A stretch of DNA of 64,000 bases from a virus, in the IMG/VR virus record IMGVR_UViG_3300027747_000004, positions 32,001-96,000 of that record; one strand, 5' to 3'. The notes below the pieces were generated by a model that was given only the letters and a program-made list of their open reading frames with translations, was not told the origin of the DNA and searched no databases. The position numbers and the translations under genes are program-made. Shown here one piece after another: positions 27,806 to 38,131 of the stretch. The stretch's first letter is position 1. Each line of letters begins with the position of its first letter.

Positions 27806-28173
27806 GCAAATGGCTTGATACTTTAGGTAATGCTGTATTGTCGATTGCTATTTGCGATCGATGCAAGATGAAGCGCGCCTACAGTGACATGTCGCAAGAT
27901 AGAAACATTCCGGGTTTACGTGTATGCAATCAAGGCTGCAATGACGAGCGTGACCCATACCGCTTACCTGCACGACAGCCTGAAAAGATTGCTATTCGCT
28001 TCCCACGTCCTGACGAAGATGTTGCAGAAGTTGATAACGCGCTGACCACTGACCCTAATGTTGTAACCAACTTAAATCAAACTATTACACACACAACGGC
28101 AGGTGAGTATGGCATTGCACCTGAGACGTCGCAAAACCCGATTGATGGCAACCTTGACAATTTGAGCCCATAA
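27802..28173 (+). CDS. Small Cys-motif (Zn-binding) protein
   Basis: AICDRC...GLRVC...C.D. Confidence 0.7.
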   Translation: MSKWLDTLGNAVLSIAICDRCKMKRAYSDMSQDRNIPGLRVCNQGCNDERDPYRLPARQPEKIAIRFPRPDEDVAEVDNALTTDPNVVTNLNQTITHTTAGEYGIAPETSQNPIDGNLDNLSP

Positions 28174-28541
28174 TGCCATACAACAATAATTTATTTGTTC
28201 CGCGTGCAAAGTATCAAACATTTACCCCAATGTTTTTGGGGCAAGCTGCCCTAACCACGTCTGCTGCTGTAATTTATCTTGCGCCTGTGCAGGCGTTGAC
28301 AGCCATTCGTGACATTGTAGTTGTTAATACTTCAGGTTCAACGGCAACACTTAACTTGTATATTGTCTCGCCTGTTGCAACAGCAGGCACAAGCAATGCA
28401 ATTTATTACGGGTATTCACTTACTGCAGGGCAAACGTTATGCTGGACAGGTGAGCAAATACTTGCAGGATTGTGGACTTTACAAGGCAGTGCATCAGCAA
28501 CAGGTCTTACTGTTACAGTCAGCGGTGGGATGTATATATAA
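28173..28541 (+). CDS. Small beta-rich structural protein
   Basis: TAATG coupling; IVVVNTS..ATLNL. Confidence 0.7.
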   Translation: MPYNNNLFVPRAKYQTFTPMFLGQAALTTSAAVIYLAPVQALTAIRDIVVVNTSGSTATLNLYIVSPVATAGTSNAIYYGYSLTAGQTLCWTGEQILAGLWTLQGSASATGLTVTVSGGMYI

Positions 28542-28575
28542 CTGTAACTTAGCAATATAAAATACCGGTACAAGT

Positions 28576-31500
28576 ATGGCAAACATTCGTATATCGCAAC
28601 TACCCGCAGCAACTACACTTGCTGGTACAGAGTCCGTGCCAATTGTGCAGAATGGGGTCACAGTTCAAACCACGGTGGGGGCAATTGCGAACGCATATTC
28701 GCAGACACAAACCTATGTAACCGTTAATCAAGAATCAAGCCTAGCCAACAGCCAAGTGCTCACAGCGGGCGATGGGATAAATGTTACCGCCAGCGTCCCT
28801 CAAGGAAACATCAAAGTATCCTTGAAAAATTCTGGTGTGTCTGCTGGCAGCTTCACCAATGCCAATGTAACGGTTGATCAATATGGTCGCGTTACTGCGG
28901 CATCAAATGGTGCTAGCAGTGGAACGGGAACGGTAACCTCTGTTGCGCTTACTGCTCCATCGTTCTTGTCGGTAACCGGAAGCCCAATTACCAGCAATGG
29001 AACATTGGGATTAAGCTATTCTGGAACTGCTTTGCCTGTGGCAAATGGTGGCACAGGAGTTACAACGTCTACAGGTTCTGGCAATACTGTTTTGTCTACC
29101 TCGCCAACATTGGTTACGCCAAATCTTGGTATTCCAGCATCAGTAACATTGACAAATGCTACGGGTTTGCCTTTGTCAACTGGTGTTACTGGAACTTTGC
29201 CAATTGCAAATGGTGGAACAGGTACAACTACGCCTTCTTTGGTAGCTGGTACAAACGTCACCATTACCGGCTCTTGGCCAAATCAAACCATTAACTCTAC
29301 TGGAGGCGGTGGTAGCGGCACCGTAACTTCTGTTGCTGCAACTGTTCCTTCTTTCTTGTCGGTTACTGGTAGCCCCATTACGACAAGTGGAACTTTGGGT
29401 ATTGGATATTCCAGTACTGCACTCCCTGTTGCAAATGGTGGTACAGGAGCAACGTCAGCATCTGCGGCACAAGCAAACTTGATGGGGTTTACAACTACTG
29501 CAACCGCAGCAGGAACTACTACATTAACAAATACAAGTAGTTATTATCAAGTATTTACTGGCACAAGTAATCAAAATATAAAACTTCCTTTAACATCAAC
29601 ATTAACACTTGGCTGGTCATTTTTTATTTTTAACGCAACTACCAATGGAAATTTAACTGTTCGTAGTTCAACTAATATTGTAATTACAGTACTTATCCCT
29701 AACATGGGTGTAATTGTTACTTGTAAAAGTACAACAATAACAACTGAGGCAGCATGGTATTATGTTTTTACTGGAACAAATGATTATGCCGGTAGCGGTG
29801 CTATGGTCTTGCAAAATGGGCCTTCTTTGATTAATGCAGATTTAGGTACGCCATCTGCAGCAGTTCTTACAAATGCTACAGGACTTCCCTTAAGTACGGG
29901 AGTAACAGGTACATTACCTGTTGCAAATGGCGGTACAGGTTCGACCTCCACACAATTTGTTAACCTAGCTTCCAATGTCACAGGCACTTTGCCAATTGCA
30001 AATGGAGGCACAGGATCAACTTCAACAACTTTTGTAAATCTTGCTTCCAATGTCACTGGAACTTTACCTGTGGCAAATGGCGGAACAGGCATCGCCACGC
30101 TGACGGCTAATTACATCCCATATGGCAATGGTACCAGTGCCTTTGCATCTTCTTCTGGGTTCACTTACAACCCCACCACCACCACGCTGACAGCGCCTGT
30201 GCTGATCGTAAATTCAACCACCAGCACAACACCCAATTTGACGTTTAACGCCAGCAATTCGGGCTTTACTTCTGGCGCAGCGGTGTCTGGCAGTTACTTG
30301 CAGACCGTCATTCAAAACAGTAGTGGCACGGCAGGCGCGTCCACCAACTACGTCTTGAGCAATGACTTGGGCACCGACTCCACCTACTATGGTGAGTTTG
30401 GCATGAACTCGTCGGTGTACTCAGGTGCAAGCATCCCTGCTGACTTTTTCAGCATCAACAATGGCCTGTACTTTTCGGGCCACGATGGAGACATCACCGT
30501 AGGCTCTGGCAACGGCTTCAAGACCTACCTTGCGTGGGGCGCAACTGGTGGCTCTGCCCACGTTATCAATGCCTCTGGTGCTATTGGTTTGAACACCAAT
30601 TTGGCGGCTGGAGCAGGATCAGGCACAACCAACTTTGGCACTGCGGGTTATGTGATGACCAGCGCAGGCAATGCCGCCACCCCCACTTGGTCGCAAGTCA
30701 GTTTATCTGCTGGTGTCACTGGAACATTACCACTAGCAAATGGCGGTACAGGCAAAACAACAGCACCTGCTGCACAAGCCAACTTGTTGGGCTACACGGC
30801 TACTTCTACCACCGCCCTCGCAACCACTGCCGCGACTGGCTCTGCTGGTACAGCCACCTTGACTTTTGCAGTGCAAGCTTCAGCGCCCTATGCTCTTGGC
30901 TCATATATTTCCGTTCAAGGTGTAACGCCTACGGGGTATAACGGCTATTACCAAGTAACTGGATGCACGACCACTACCGTTTCTTACACCAACGCAACCA
31001 CTGGCGCTCAAACTGTTGCTGGAAGTATTTCTCCAACAACAACGCTTACCAATACAAGCAGTTTTTATCAATATTGCACCTCAACATTGCAGGGTTCATA
31101 TGTATTGCCTGATACATCAACTTTACAAGCTGGTTGGGCATTTAGAATTTCTGCGGTAGGGGTTTCTACATACGTATATAGTTTAAGCGGAGCCTTAGTA
31201 GCAGGCATTACATCAAGTACATCATATTATTTTGTATGTATTGATACCACTGTAAATACTGCTGCTGCTTGGAGGAGTGAGATTACATCGACTGCTGGAT
31301 TTACTGGCTCCGGAAGCATGGTGCTTTCTAGTGGCCCGACTATTACTGGTACTCTTAACTTTACTGGTTCTACAACCAATTCAGCAAATATTGGTACAGC
31401 AATAACAACTGGTTTAATTACAGTTGGCGGCACTGCCGGTTTAGGTTTAATTAACATTGGTCGAGCAACAACCTCCCAGCCAATTCAAATTGGTTCAGGT

Positions 31501-32160
31501 GTCACCGCCTCCTCAACAACTGCATCAGGCACGGCCAGTTCAATCACAACTACTGTATTGACCGTTGGCGGTACTGTAACTGGCACGTTCTCGATTGGTA
31601 TGGCATTGTCGGGCACAGGCGTGTTGCCGGGTACATACATCATCAGCTTGGGTACGGGTGCAGGCGGTGCAGGTACATACAACATAAACCAAACCCAGAC
31701 CGTAACATCGACCACCATTACAGGCACAACCCAGAAGTCCATTGATATTGGAACGGGCGGAGCATCGGGCTCCATCACGGCCATCACGCTTGGCTCTGCT
31801 ACATCTGGCGCTACGTCAACGACTACGATCAATGGAGCATTGAACTACGCTGTTAATGCAGTGACCGTAACATCCAATGCTGGAACTGTCCCCGTTGGAT
31901 ACAAGGTAAATAACTTCACAAATAGTTCAGCCGCAACAATGGCTATTACTATGGCGGTTACAGGTGCTGTTGATGGGCAAATGACTATTGTTCGTATCTA
32001 TGATTTTAGTGCAGCAACGCAAACAATCGGATGGACAAATACTGAGAATAGCACCATCAACGTTCCAACTACATCAAATGGCTCCACAACCCTCCCTCTA
32101 ACAGTGGGATTCATGTACAACAGCCAGACATCTAGATGGCGTTGCATAGCATCTGCTTAA
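28576..32160 (+). CDS. Long tail fibre protein
   Basis: IRISQLP N-terminus, VTVDQYGRVT, seven LP(V/I/L)ANGGTG repeats. Confidence 0.8.
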   Translation: MANIRISQLPAATTLAGTESVPIVQNGVTVQTTVGAIANAYSQTQTYVTVNQESSLANSQVLTAGDGINVTASVPQGNIKVSLKNSGVSAGSFTNANVTVDQYGRVTAASNGASSGTGTVTSVALTAPSFLSVTGSPITSNGTLGLSYSGTALPVANGGTGVTTSTGSGNTVLSTSPTLVTPNLGIPASVTLTNATGLPLSTGVTGTLPIANGGTGTTTPSLVAGTNVTITGSWPNQTINSTGGGGSGTVTSVAATVPSFLSVTGSPITTSGTLGIGYSSTALPVANGGTGATSASAAQANLMGFTTTATAAGTTTLTNTSSYYQVFTGTSNQNIKLPLTSTLTLGWSFFIFNATTNGNLTVRSSTNIVITVLIPNMGVIVTCKSTTITTEAAWYYVFTGTNDYAGSGAMVLQNGPSLINADLGTPSAAVLTNATGLPLSTGVTGTLPVANGGTGSTSTQFVNLASNVTGTLPIANGGTGSTSTTFVNLASNVTGTLPVANGGTGIATLTANYIPYGNGTSAFASSSGFTYNPTTTTLTAPVLIVNSTTSTTPNLTFNASNSGFTSGAAVSGSYLQTVIQNSSGTAGASTNYVLSNDLGTDSTYYGEFGMNSSVYSGASIPADFFSINNGLYFSGHDGDITVGSGNGFKTYLAWGATGGSAHVINASGAIGLNTNLAAGAGSGTTNFGTAGYVMTSAGNAATPTWSQVSLSAGVTGTLPLANGGTGKTTAPAAQANLLGYTATSTTALATTAATGSAGTATLTFAVQASAPYALGSYISVQGVTPTGYNGYYQVTGCTTTTVSYTNATTGAQTVAGSISPTTTLTNTSSFYQYCTSTLQGSYVLPDTSTLQAGWAFRISAVGVSTYVYSLSGALVAGITSSTSYYFVCIDTTVNTAAAWRSEITSTAGFTGSGSMVLSSGPTITGTLNFTGSTTNSANIGTAITTGLITVGGTAGLGLINIGRATTSQPIQIGSGVTASSTTASGTASSITTTVLTVGGTVTGTFSIGMALSGTGVLPGTYIISLGTGAGGAGTYNINQTQTVTSTTITGTTQKSIDIGTGGASGSITAITLGSATSGATSTTTINGALNYAVNAVTVTSNAGTVPVGYKVNNFTNSSAATMAITMAVTGAVDGQMTIVRIYDFSAATQTIGWTNTENSTINVPTTSNGSTTLPLTVGFMYNSQTSRWRCIASA

Positions 32161-32161
32161 T

Positions 32162-33034
32162 ATGGCACAAGTAATTCTTACAGGCTCAGGAACTTGGACG
32201 CTTCCAGCAAATTGGAACGATGCTGTCAATACCATTGAAATATATGGTGCTGGAGGCGATGGTGCGGCAGGAACTGCTTCTGCATCTGGTGGTGGTGGTG
32301 CTGGTGGATATTATTTTCTATGCTCCAATGTACCTTTTGCTACACTTATTTCTCAAGGCTATGTTACAAACTTAAATTACGATACTAAATCTTCTTCTGC
32401 TGGAAGTAATATTGCATACTTGGGTGTTGGTACTATTGATGGTTCAACTTATGGCAGCATACTTTTAGCTGCGGGTGGACAAAATGCTAGTGGAATTACA
32501 GGTGGTGCTTTTGGAGTTCTTACTACAACCATAAATAATACAGATTATTTAACAAGTTCTTTTGCCCGTGGCGCAGGAGGAAATGGAAGAACAAACACTA
32601 CAGCAGCCGGTGGTGGCGGTGGTGGTGCTGGTGGGCCTAATGGAAATGGTGGAGCTGGAGGAGCAAATAGCGCAACCAATCCAACAATAGGTCGAGGCGG
32701 CGGTGGAGGAAATGGTGGAACGGCTGGCTCTGGAACAACATCAACTGCTGGTACTGCGGGTACAGGTGCTGGCGCTGGAGGTGCTGGTGGTGCAGCATCT
32801 ACATCGGGAACCGCTGGAGGCGCAGGAGCATCAATTTATTCGGGTGGTGGAGGCGGTGGCGCTGGTGATGGAATAACTGCTACATCCGGTGGAGCTGGCG
32901 GACTTTATGGTGGCGGCGGTGGTGGAGGAGCATCATCTATACTTTCAACTGGTGGTCTTGGTGCTGCCGGTATCATTATCATCACTTACACTCCTTTGGT
33001 TCAGTCAAAAGGCAACTTCTTTTTAATGTTTTAG
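32162..33034 (+). CDS. Glycine-rich tail-associated protein
   Basis: SGTWTLP..IEIYGAGG..G-rich..GIIIITY. Confidence 0.7.
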   Translation: MAQVILTGSGTWTLPANWNDAVNTIEIYGAGGDGAAGTASASGGGGAGGYYFLCSNVPFATLISQGYVTNLNYDTKSSSAGSNIAYLGVGTIDGSTYGSILLAAGGQNASGITGGAFGVLTTTINNTDYLTSSFARGAGGNGRTNTTAAGGGGGGAGGPNGNGGAGGANSATNPTIGRGGGGGNGGTAGSGTTSTAGTAGTGAGAGGAGGAASTSGTAGGAGASIYSGGGGGGAGDGITATSGGAGGLYGGGGGGGASSILSTGGLGAAGIIIITYTPLVQSKGNFFLMF

Positions 33035-33043
33035 GAGCCAATC

Positions 33044-34321
33044 ATGGCGCAAAGCGGATACACACCCATACTGATTTACGCAAGTGGCACAGCCTCAAAT
33101 GTGCCAAGTGCGTCCAATCTGACCAACAGCACCTTAGGCTCTGAACTGGCTTTGAACTATGCCGATGGCAAGCTGTACTACAAAGACAACAGCGGCGTTG
33201 TCCAAGTTATGGCTTCCAAAGCTACGGCTGCGGGTACTTTTACATCCATTTCCGACTCAGGCAACCTCGCTTTCACAGGTACCGGCAACCGCATCACTGG
33301 TGACTTTACCAATGCAACTGTTGCAAATCGTGTGATGTTTCAGACCAGTACGTCAAACAGCGCAACTGTAATTGGAGTTATCCCAAGCGGAACTGGGACA
33401 GCGTCTTATCTTGCATTGTGGGGTAATGCATCTGCAACCAATACCAACGTCACGCAACTAGGTTCAGATGGTTCTATTGCGTCGGGTCAAGTCGGTTCTG
33501 GCACATACCTACCGATGACCTTCTACACAGGAGGCGCAGAACGGATGCGGCTGGACACCAGTGGTCGATTAGGAATTGGTACATCTACGCCAAGCACAAA
33601 CGCCATACTCACAACCAATGGAAGTATTTCAGTAGCTATACCAACACGCAATGCGGTATCCTCAAATCAGATTGGTGTTTGGACATCCGATGACCCATCG
33701 GACAATGCTCGTTCTTCAATTACATTTGCCACAACTGCTGGAGCATCTTCTTCAAATAGTTACATTGCTTTCAGTACAAACAATTACGGCGTATCTGGTG
33801 GCGAACGGATGCGTATTGACTCCGACGGGCTTGTAGGTATTGGAATGTTAGGTGCATCCACCGTACGCTTATCAGTAGCTGCTAGTTCAGCTTTTATTAT
33901 GGTGGGGCGGGATTCAACTGGCGTAACCGATCAATTTCGTATTGCCGCAAACGGAAATGTTACAAATACAAATAACAGTTATGCGGCTATTTCTGACATA
34001 AAAATCAAAGAAAATGTTGTTGATGCAACACCAAAACTTTCCAGTTTAATGAAGGTAAGGATTGTTAATTACAATCTTAAATCTAATTTGGGTTATGAGC
34101 AAAATAAACAAATTGGTGTTATTGCACAAGAACTTGAGCAAATTTTCCCCAGTTTGGTTGAAGAAACTGCTGATCTTGACGTAGACGGTACTGACTTAAA
34201 AACATCAACAAAGTCGGTGAAATACAGCGTATTTGTGCCAATTCTTATTAAAGCAATTCAAGAACAACAAGCCCTTATCCAAGACCTCACAACTCGCTTG
34301 GCAGCGCTTGAAGCCAAATAA
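33044..34321 (+). CDS. Tail fibre/spike with C-terminal S74 intramolecular chaperone
   Basis: ELALNYADGKLYYK, ERMR(L/I)D repeats, SDIKIKEN..GVIAQE..LIKAIQEQQ. Confidence 0.85.
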   Translation: MAQSGYTPILIYASGTASNVPSASNLTNSTLGSELALNYADGKLYYKDNSGVVQVMASKATAAGTFTSISDSGNLAFTGTGNRITGDFTNATVANRVMFQTSTSNSATVIGVIPSGTGTASYLALWGNASATNTNVTQLGSDGSIASGQVGSGTYLPMTFYTGGAERMRLDTSGRLGIGTSTPSTNAILTTNGSISVAIPTRNAVSSNQIGVWTSDDPSDNARSSITFATTAGASSSNSYIAFSTNNYGVSGGERMRIDSDGLVGIGMLGASTVRLSVAASSAFIMVGRDSTGVTDQFRIAANGNVTNTNNSYAAISDIKIKENVVDATPKLSSLMKVRIVNYNLKSNLGYEQNKQIGVIAQELEQIFPSLVEETADLDVDGTDLKTSTKSVKYSVFVPILIKAIQEQQALIQDLTTRLAALEAK

Positions 34322-34336
34322 CCCAAAGGAAATACC

Positions 34337-34633
34337 ATGACCACCTTTAACTGGACTATCTCTCAAATGGATCGACTGACCGCTGACGGCTTTGTTGTCA
34401 CCGTGCATTACAACGTCACCGCTACCGACGACACTTACAGCGCCAGCACCTACGGCACTGTTGGCTACACTCAAGAGCAGGGCGAGTCTTACATCCCCTA
34501 CGCTGACCTGACGGAAGCCACTGTCGTTGGCTGGGTGCAAACCTCGCTGGGTAAAGACACCGTAGAAGCTAACTTACAAAGCCAGATTGACGCACAAAAA
34601 GCTCCTGTGAAAGCCTCTGGTTTGCCTTGGTAA
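34337..34633 (+). CDS. Small tail-fibre-associated protein
   Basis: WTI..MDR..V.TVHY..IPY.DLTE..V.GWV..GLPW. Confidence 0.7.
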   Translation: MTTFNWTISQMDRLTADGFVVTVHYNVTATDDTYSASTYGTVGYTQEQGESYIPYADLTEATVVGWVQTSLGKDTVEANLQSQIDAQKAPVKASGLPW

Positions 34634-34640
34634 TGTTCAA

Positions 34641-35120
34641 ATGATTGACCCGATCACCGCCTTTGCTACAGCCCAAGCGGCCATCAAGGGAGTCCAAGCC
34701 GCAATCAAGATGGGCAAGGACATCGGAGCTATTTCCGGTGATCTGATGAAGTTTTTTGAGGCTAAAGATGTTGTTGCCAAAGCCGCATCTGAACCCAAGA
34801 AGGGGTTTGGTAAGTCGGATACGGCGCAGGCGTTTGAGACGGTGCTGCATGCCAAGCAGTTGCAGGACGCAGAGAACGAACTCAAGCAACACTTAATCTG
34901 GTCTGGACAAGCTGACGTATGGCAGGCTATCCTGATGGAACGTAACAAGATCGTGCAGAAACGTAAAGCAGAGGAAGTAGCTATGGAAAAAGCAAAAGCC
35001 AAGCGCAAGCAGGAAATTAGTGAAGCCATTGAAATGGTGCTGGCAATAGCTGCCGGGGCATTGCTTATCACCCTGCTGGCTTGGGGAACGATGGAATACA
35101 TTGACTTCATGAGGAAATAA
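34641..35120 (+). CDS. Membrane-anchored hypothetical protein (lysis region)
   Basis: MIDPITA N-terminus, C-terminal hydrophobic segment. Confidence 0.7.
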   Translation: MIDPITAFATAQAAIKGVQAAIKMGKDIGAISGDLMKFFEAKDVVAKAASEPKKGFGKSDTAQAFETVLHAKQLQDAENELKQHLIWSGQADVWQAILMERNKIVQKRKAEEVAMEKAKAKRKQEISEAIEMVLAIAAGALLITLLAWGTMEYIDFMRK

Positions 35121-35121
35121 A

Positions 35122-35619
35122 ATGGATGAACTACTTGGAATTCTTAAAGGCATTGCTCCTGCTGTTGCAACTGCTGTCGGTGGGCCTCTTGGTGGTCTTG
35201 CTGTTACCGCTATTGCCAATAAGTTTGGTGTGGCTGATGACGTTCAAGCCGTGGCAAAAGCCATTGCAGGAGACCCAGAAGCGGCGTCCAAACTGGCTGA
35301 ACTAGACCTCAAGCAGTTTGAGTTGGAGAACGCTGACCGAGACTCGGCTCGTCATATGCAAGAGACTGCTCTGAACCAAGACGACAAGTTTGCTAAGCAC
35401 TTTATTTACTGGTTTGCATGGTTCTGGAGCGTAGGCTCGATGATATATTTCTTTGCCATCACATTTGGCCAAGTGCCTGCCAGCGGTAAAGACTTTGGCA
35501 ACATTATTCTTGGCTTTTTGCTCGGCACTGCAGTGGCTACCATTATTTCTTTCTTTTACGGCTCCAGCAAATCCAGTAAAGACAAAACTGACACCATGAC
35601 CAAGGAAATTTTGAAATGA
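35122..35619 (+). CDS. Putative holin
   Basis: APAVATAVGGPLGG, DRDSAR, two TM segments, FFYGSS; precedes endolysin. Confidence 0.65.
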   Translation: MDELLGILKGIAPAVATAVGGPLGGLAVTAIANKFGVADDVQAVAKAIAGDPEAASKLAELDLKQFELENADRDSARHMQETALNQDDKFAKHFIYWFAWFWSVGSMIYFFAITFGQVPASGKDFGNIILGFLLGTAVATIISFFYGSSKSSKDKTDTMTKEILK

Positions 35620-36047
35620 CACAGTTGACCGAACACTTCACGCTCAAAGAGCTGACCCATACCGACCACCGCCAGTTTGACAACACGCCTAATGATGCAG
35701 AACGCGCAAATCTTCAACGACTGGCTGAGTTTTTGGAGCTGGTCAAGGCGGCGCTTGGAGGTAAACCCATCATGGTCAACTCCGCCTTCCGATCTAAGCA
35801 GGTCAACGACGCCGTTGGTTCCAAGGACACCTCTCAGCACCGCGTGGGGTGCGCTGCTGACCTGAAGATTCCCGGCATGACCCCTGATGAGGTGGTTCGT
35901 GCCATCATCTCTGCCAAGTTGCCGTTTGACCAAATCATCAGGGAATTCGACGCCTGGACGCACATCAGCGTACCCAACACCACCAGCTTGGCACCCCGCA
36001 AGCAGGCTCTTATCATTGATAAAACCGGCACAAGACTTTTCACATGA
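35616..36047 (+). CDS. Endolysin, peptidase M15A family
   Basis: LTEHFTLKEL, NSAFRS..VN..VG, SQH..G.AAD, FDQII.E..WTHIS. Confidence 0.88.
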   Translation: MTQLTEHFTLKELTHTDHRQFDNTPNDAERANLQRLAEFLELVKAALGGKPIMVNSAFRSKQVNDAVGSKDTSQHRVGCAADLKIPGMTPDEVVRAIISAKLPFDQIIREFDAWTHISVPNTTSLAPRKQALIIDKTGTRLFT

Positions 36048-36054
36048 GTATAAA

Positions 36055-36276
36055 ATGGATACACAAGCATTATTTAACATTGCTGTAGGTCTTATAGCAT
36101 TTTTTGGTGGATGGACCATCAACAGTATTACACGATCTTTGGAGCGTTTAGATACTGATTTTCGTAGTATGCAACGTGAGTATGTCACTAAAAATGACTA
36201 CCACCGTGATATTGACGAAATAAAATCTATTTGCAAGCAAATCTTTGACAAACTTGATGCCAAGGCCGACAAATGA
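36055..36276 (+). CDS. Small membrane protein with coiled coil
   Basis: N-terminal TM segment, YVTK.DY, IFDKLD.KADK. Confidence 0.65.
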   Translation: MDTQALFNIAVGLIAFFGGWTINSITRSLERLDTDFRSMQREYVTKNDYHRDIDEIKSICKQIFDKLDAKADK

Positions 36277-36914
36277 CTACACCTGCAGCAGTTTTAACAT
36301 ACGACTCACTTACAAGTTTGGTGCAACAATACTTGGAGCGTAAAGATGCTGCAGTTATAGCGTTTATACCTACTGCCATTATGCTGGCAGAGTTTGAAAT
36401 TGCAGAAAACATTAAAACATTGGGGCAGATGCTGGTTGCAAATAGCACCATGACTGCGGGTAGCCCAATTATTCAAAAGCCTGCGCGTTGGCGCAAAACT
36501 GTGTCAATGACTTTGACTACGGCTGCAGGCGGCACGCAGCCAATTTTGCTTAGAAAACTTGAGTACTTAAAACAATATTGGCCTAGTGTGTCTACTACTG
36601 ACACGCCATTGTTTTACGCAGACTACGACTTTGATAACTGGTATGTGGCACCAACGCCAAGCAGCAATTTTGCATTTCAAACTTTGTGCTATACGAGGTT
36701 ACAGCCGTTGGCCTCTGATAACCAGACAAATTGGCTTACACAAAATGCGCCTAACGTATTGCTGTTTGGCACTCTTAAACAAACAGCGCCGTTCTTAAAA
36801 GATGACGCACGACTTGCTGTGTGGTCGCAGTTGTTCGATACTGGACTTGCAGCATTGAAGCAAGAAGACCAATTACGTATTGGTGATCGTCAAACTGTTG
36901 CACAGGATTCTTAA
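36273..36914 (+). CDS. Head-tail connector / tail tubular protein A-like
   Basis: TY..L....YL, FI..AE, APTP, NWL...AP..LL.G.L...PFLKDD.R. Confidence 0.7.
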   Translation: MTTPAAVLTYDSLTSLVQQYLERKDAAVIAFIPTAIMLAEFEIAENIKTLGQMLVANSTMTAGSPIIQKPARWRKTVSMTLTTAAGGTQPILLRKLEYLKQYWPSVSTTDTPLFYADYDFDNWYVAPTPSSNFAFQTLCYTRLQPLASDNQTNWLTQNAPNVLLFGTLKQTAPFLKDDARLAVWSQLFDTGLAALKQEDQLRIGDRQTVAQDS

Positions 36915-36916
36915 TC

Positions 36917-38131
36917 ATGACAACGTACACTTCGCCGTTTTCCGGCCAGCAAATTTATCCAACAGCAGTAAGCTATGAAGCATTGTCAATTAGCTCAAAT
37001 ACTGTACTTCAATGGCCTGTAAATGGTAACACCAACACTCCTGTAAGTAGCATCATTGATGTGACAGCTACAACAACAGGTCTGTTGCTGGAAATGCCGC
37101 CGGCATATCAAGTCTCTACGGGTCAATCAGTGCTGGTTCGAAATGTTGGCTCTAACACGTTTACTGTCACCGATAATTCTGGCAACACAATCATTGCAAT
37201 TACTTCAGGCGTATCGCAGTACATTTTTGTAACTGACAATACTACAGTAAATGGCAGTTGGTCTTCAATCCCGTTTGGCGCAGGAACATCATCTGCAAAT
37301 GCTGCTTCATTGGCCGGGTACGGTCTTTTAGCATCTAGTTTAACGCTAAATCAAATCTACCCTGTTCTAACTTATAGTGCAAGCACTACTCTTACTTCTG
37401 CCAATAGTGCAGACTTAAGTGTATGGACAGGTGGCGCAGGCGCACTAACGCTTCCTTTGGCTGCATCCGTAAGCTCAGGTTGGTTTATTACTATCAAAAA
37501 CAACGGAACTGGAATTCTTACGATTACGCCGTCTAGTTCTGATACGATTGACGGAAATTCTAGTCAACAACTACAGCTTACTGAGTCAATCAGCTTAGTG
37601 TCAGGGGGCGGCACAAGCTGGAGTAGCTTTGGGCTTGGCAGGTCTAATAGTTTTGCGTACACGCTATTGTCTTTGCCTGTTACAGGTGGCACAACTACGC
37701 TAACATCAGCGCAAGCCGCAAACACAATTCAAACATATACGGGCACACTAACAAGCCCACAAATTGTCATTGTGCCGCCTACTGTTCAGCTTTATACAGT
37801 CACTAACAATACTTCAGGCGCAACATTTACGTTTAAGACAACTTCAGGCACAGGTGTTCAAATACCGTCTTCTTCTTCGATGGTATTATCATGCACAGGT
37901 ACTGAAGTATATAACGCTGCATCAGGCGCATCAAATACTTTTACTTCAGCTATTTCTGTTATTAGTGGTTCTGCATCAACGCCTTCCGTTTATTTTGGTG
38001 CTGAAAGTAATACAGGCTTTTATCGTCCTACTACAGGCCAATGGGCAATATCTATTCTTGGGTCGCAAGCTGGGGTGTTTAGCGCAAATGGCTTAACAGT
38101 GCCTAATGGAATTGGCGGAGGCGCTTTTTAA
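36917..38131 (+). CDS. Virion structural (tail) protein
   Basis: S/T-rich beta repeats, LTLP..GW...IKN, DTIDG. Confidence 0.65.
   Translation: MTTYTSPFSGQQIYPTAVSYEALSISSNTVLQWPVNGNTNTPVSSIIDVTATTTGLLLEMPPAYQVSTGQSVLVRNVGSNTFTVTDNSGNTIIAITSGVSQYIFVTDNTTVNGSWSSIPFGAGTSSANAASLAGYGLLASSLTLNQIYPVLTYSASTTLTSANSADLSVWTGGAGALTLPLAASVSSGWFITIKNNGTGILTITPSSSDTIDGNSSQQLQLTESISLVSGGGTSWSSFGLGRSNSFAYTLLSLPVTGGTTTLTSAQAANTIQTYTGTLTSPQIVIVPPTVQLYTVTNNTSGATFTFKTTSGTGVQIPSSSSMVLSCTGTEVYNAASGASNTFTSAISVISGSASTPSVYFGAESNTGFYRPTTGQWAISILGSQAGVFSANGLTVPNGIGGGAF

Noticed and set aside
28576-33034. GG dipeptides in ANGGTG repeats and the Gly-rich protein as part of the GG-motif system
   Set aside because: Different context (fibre repeat or polyglycine), lacking the aromatic/basic-x-x-GG-x-V pattern
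28576-34321. Diversity-generating retroelement acting on tail fibres
   Set aside because: No reverse transcriptase and no adenine-specific TR/VR pair seen
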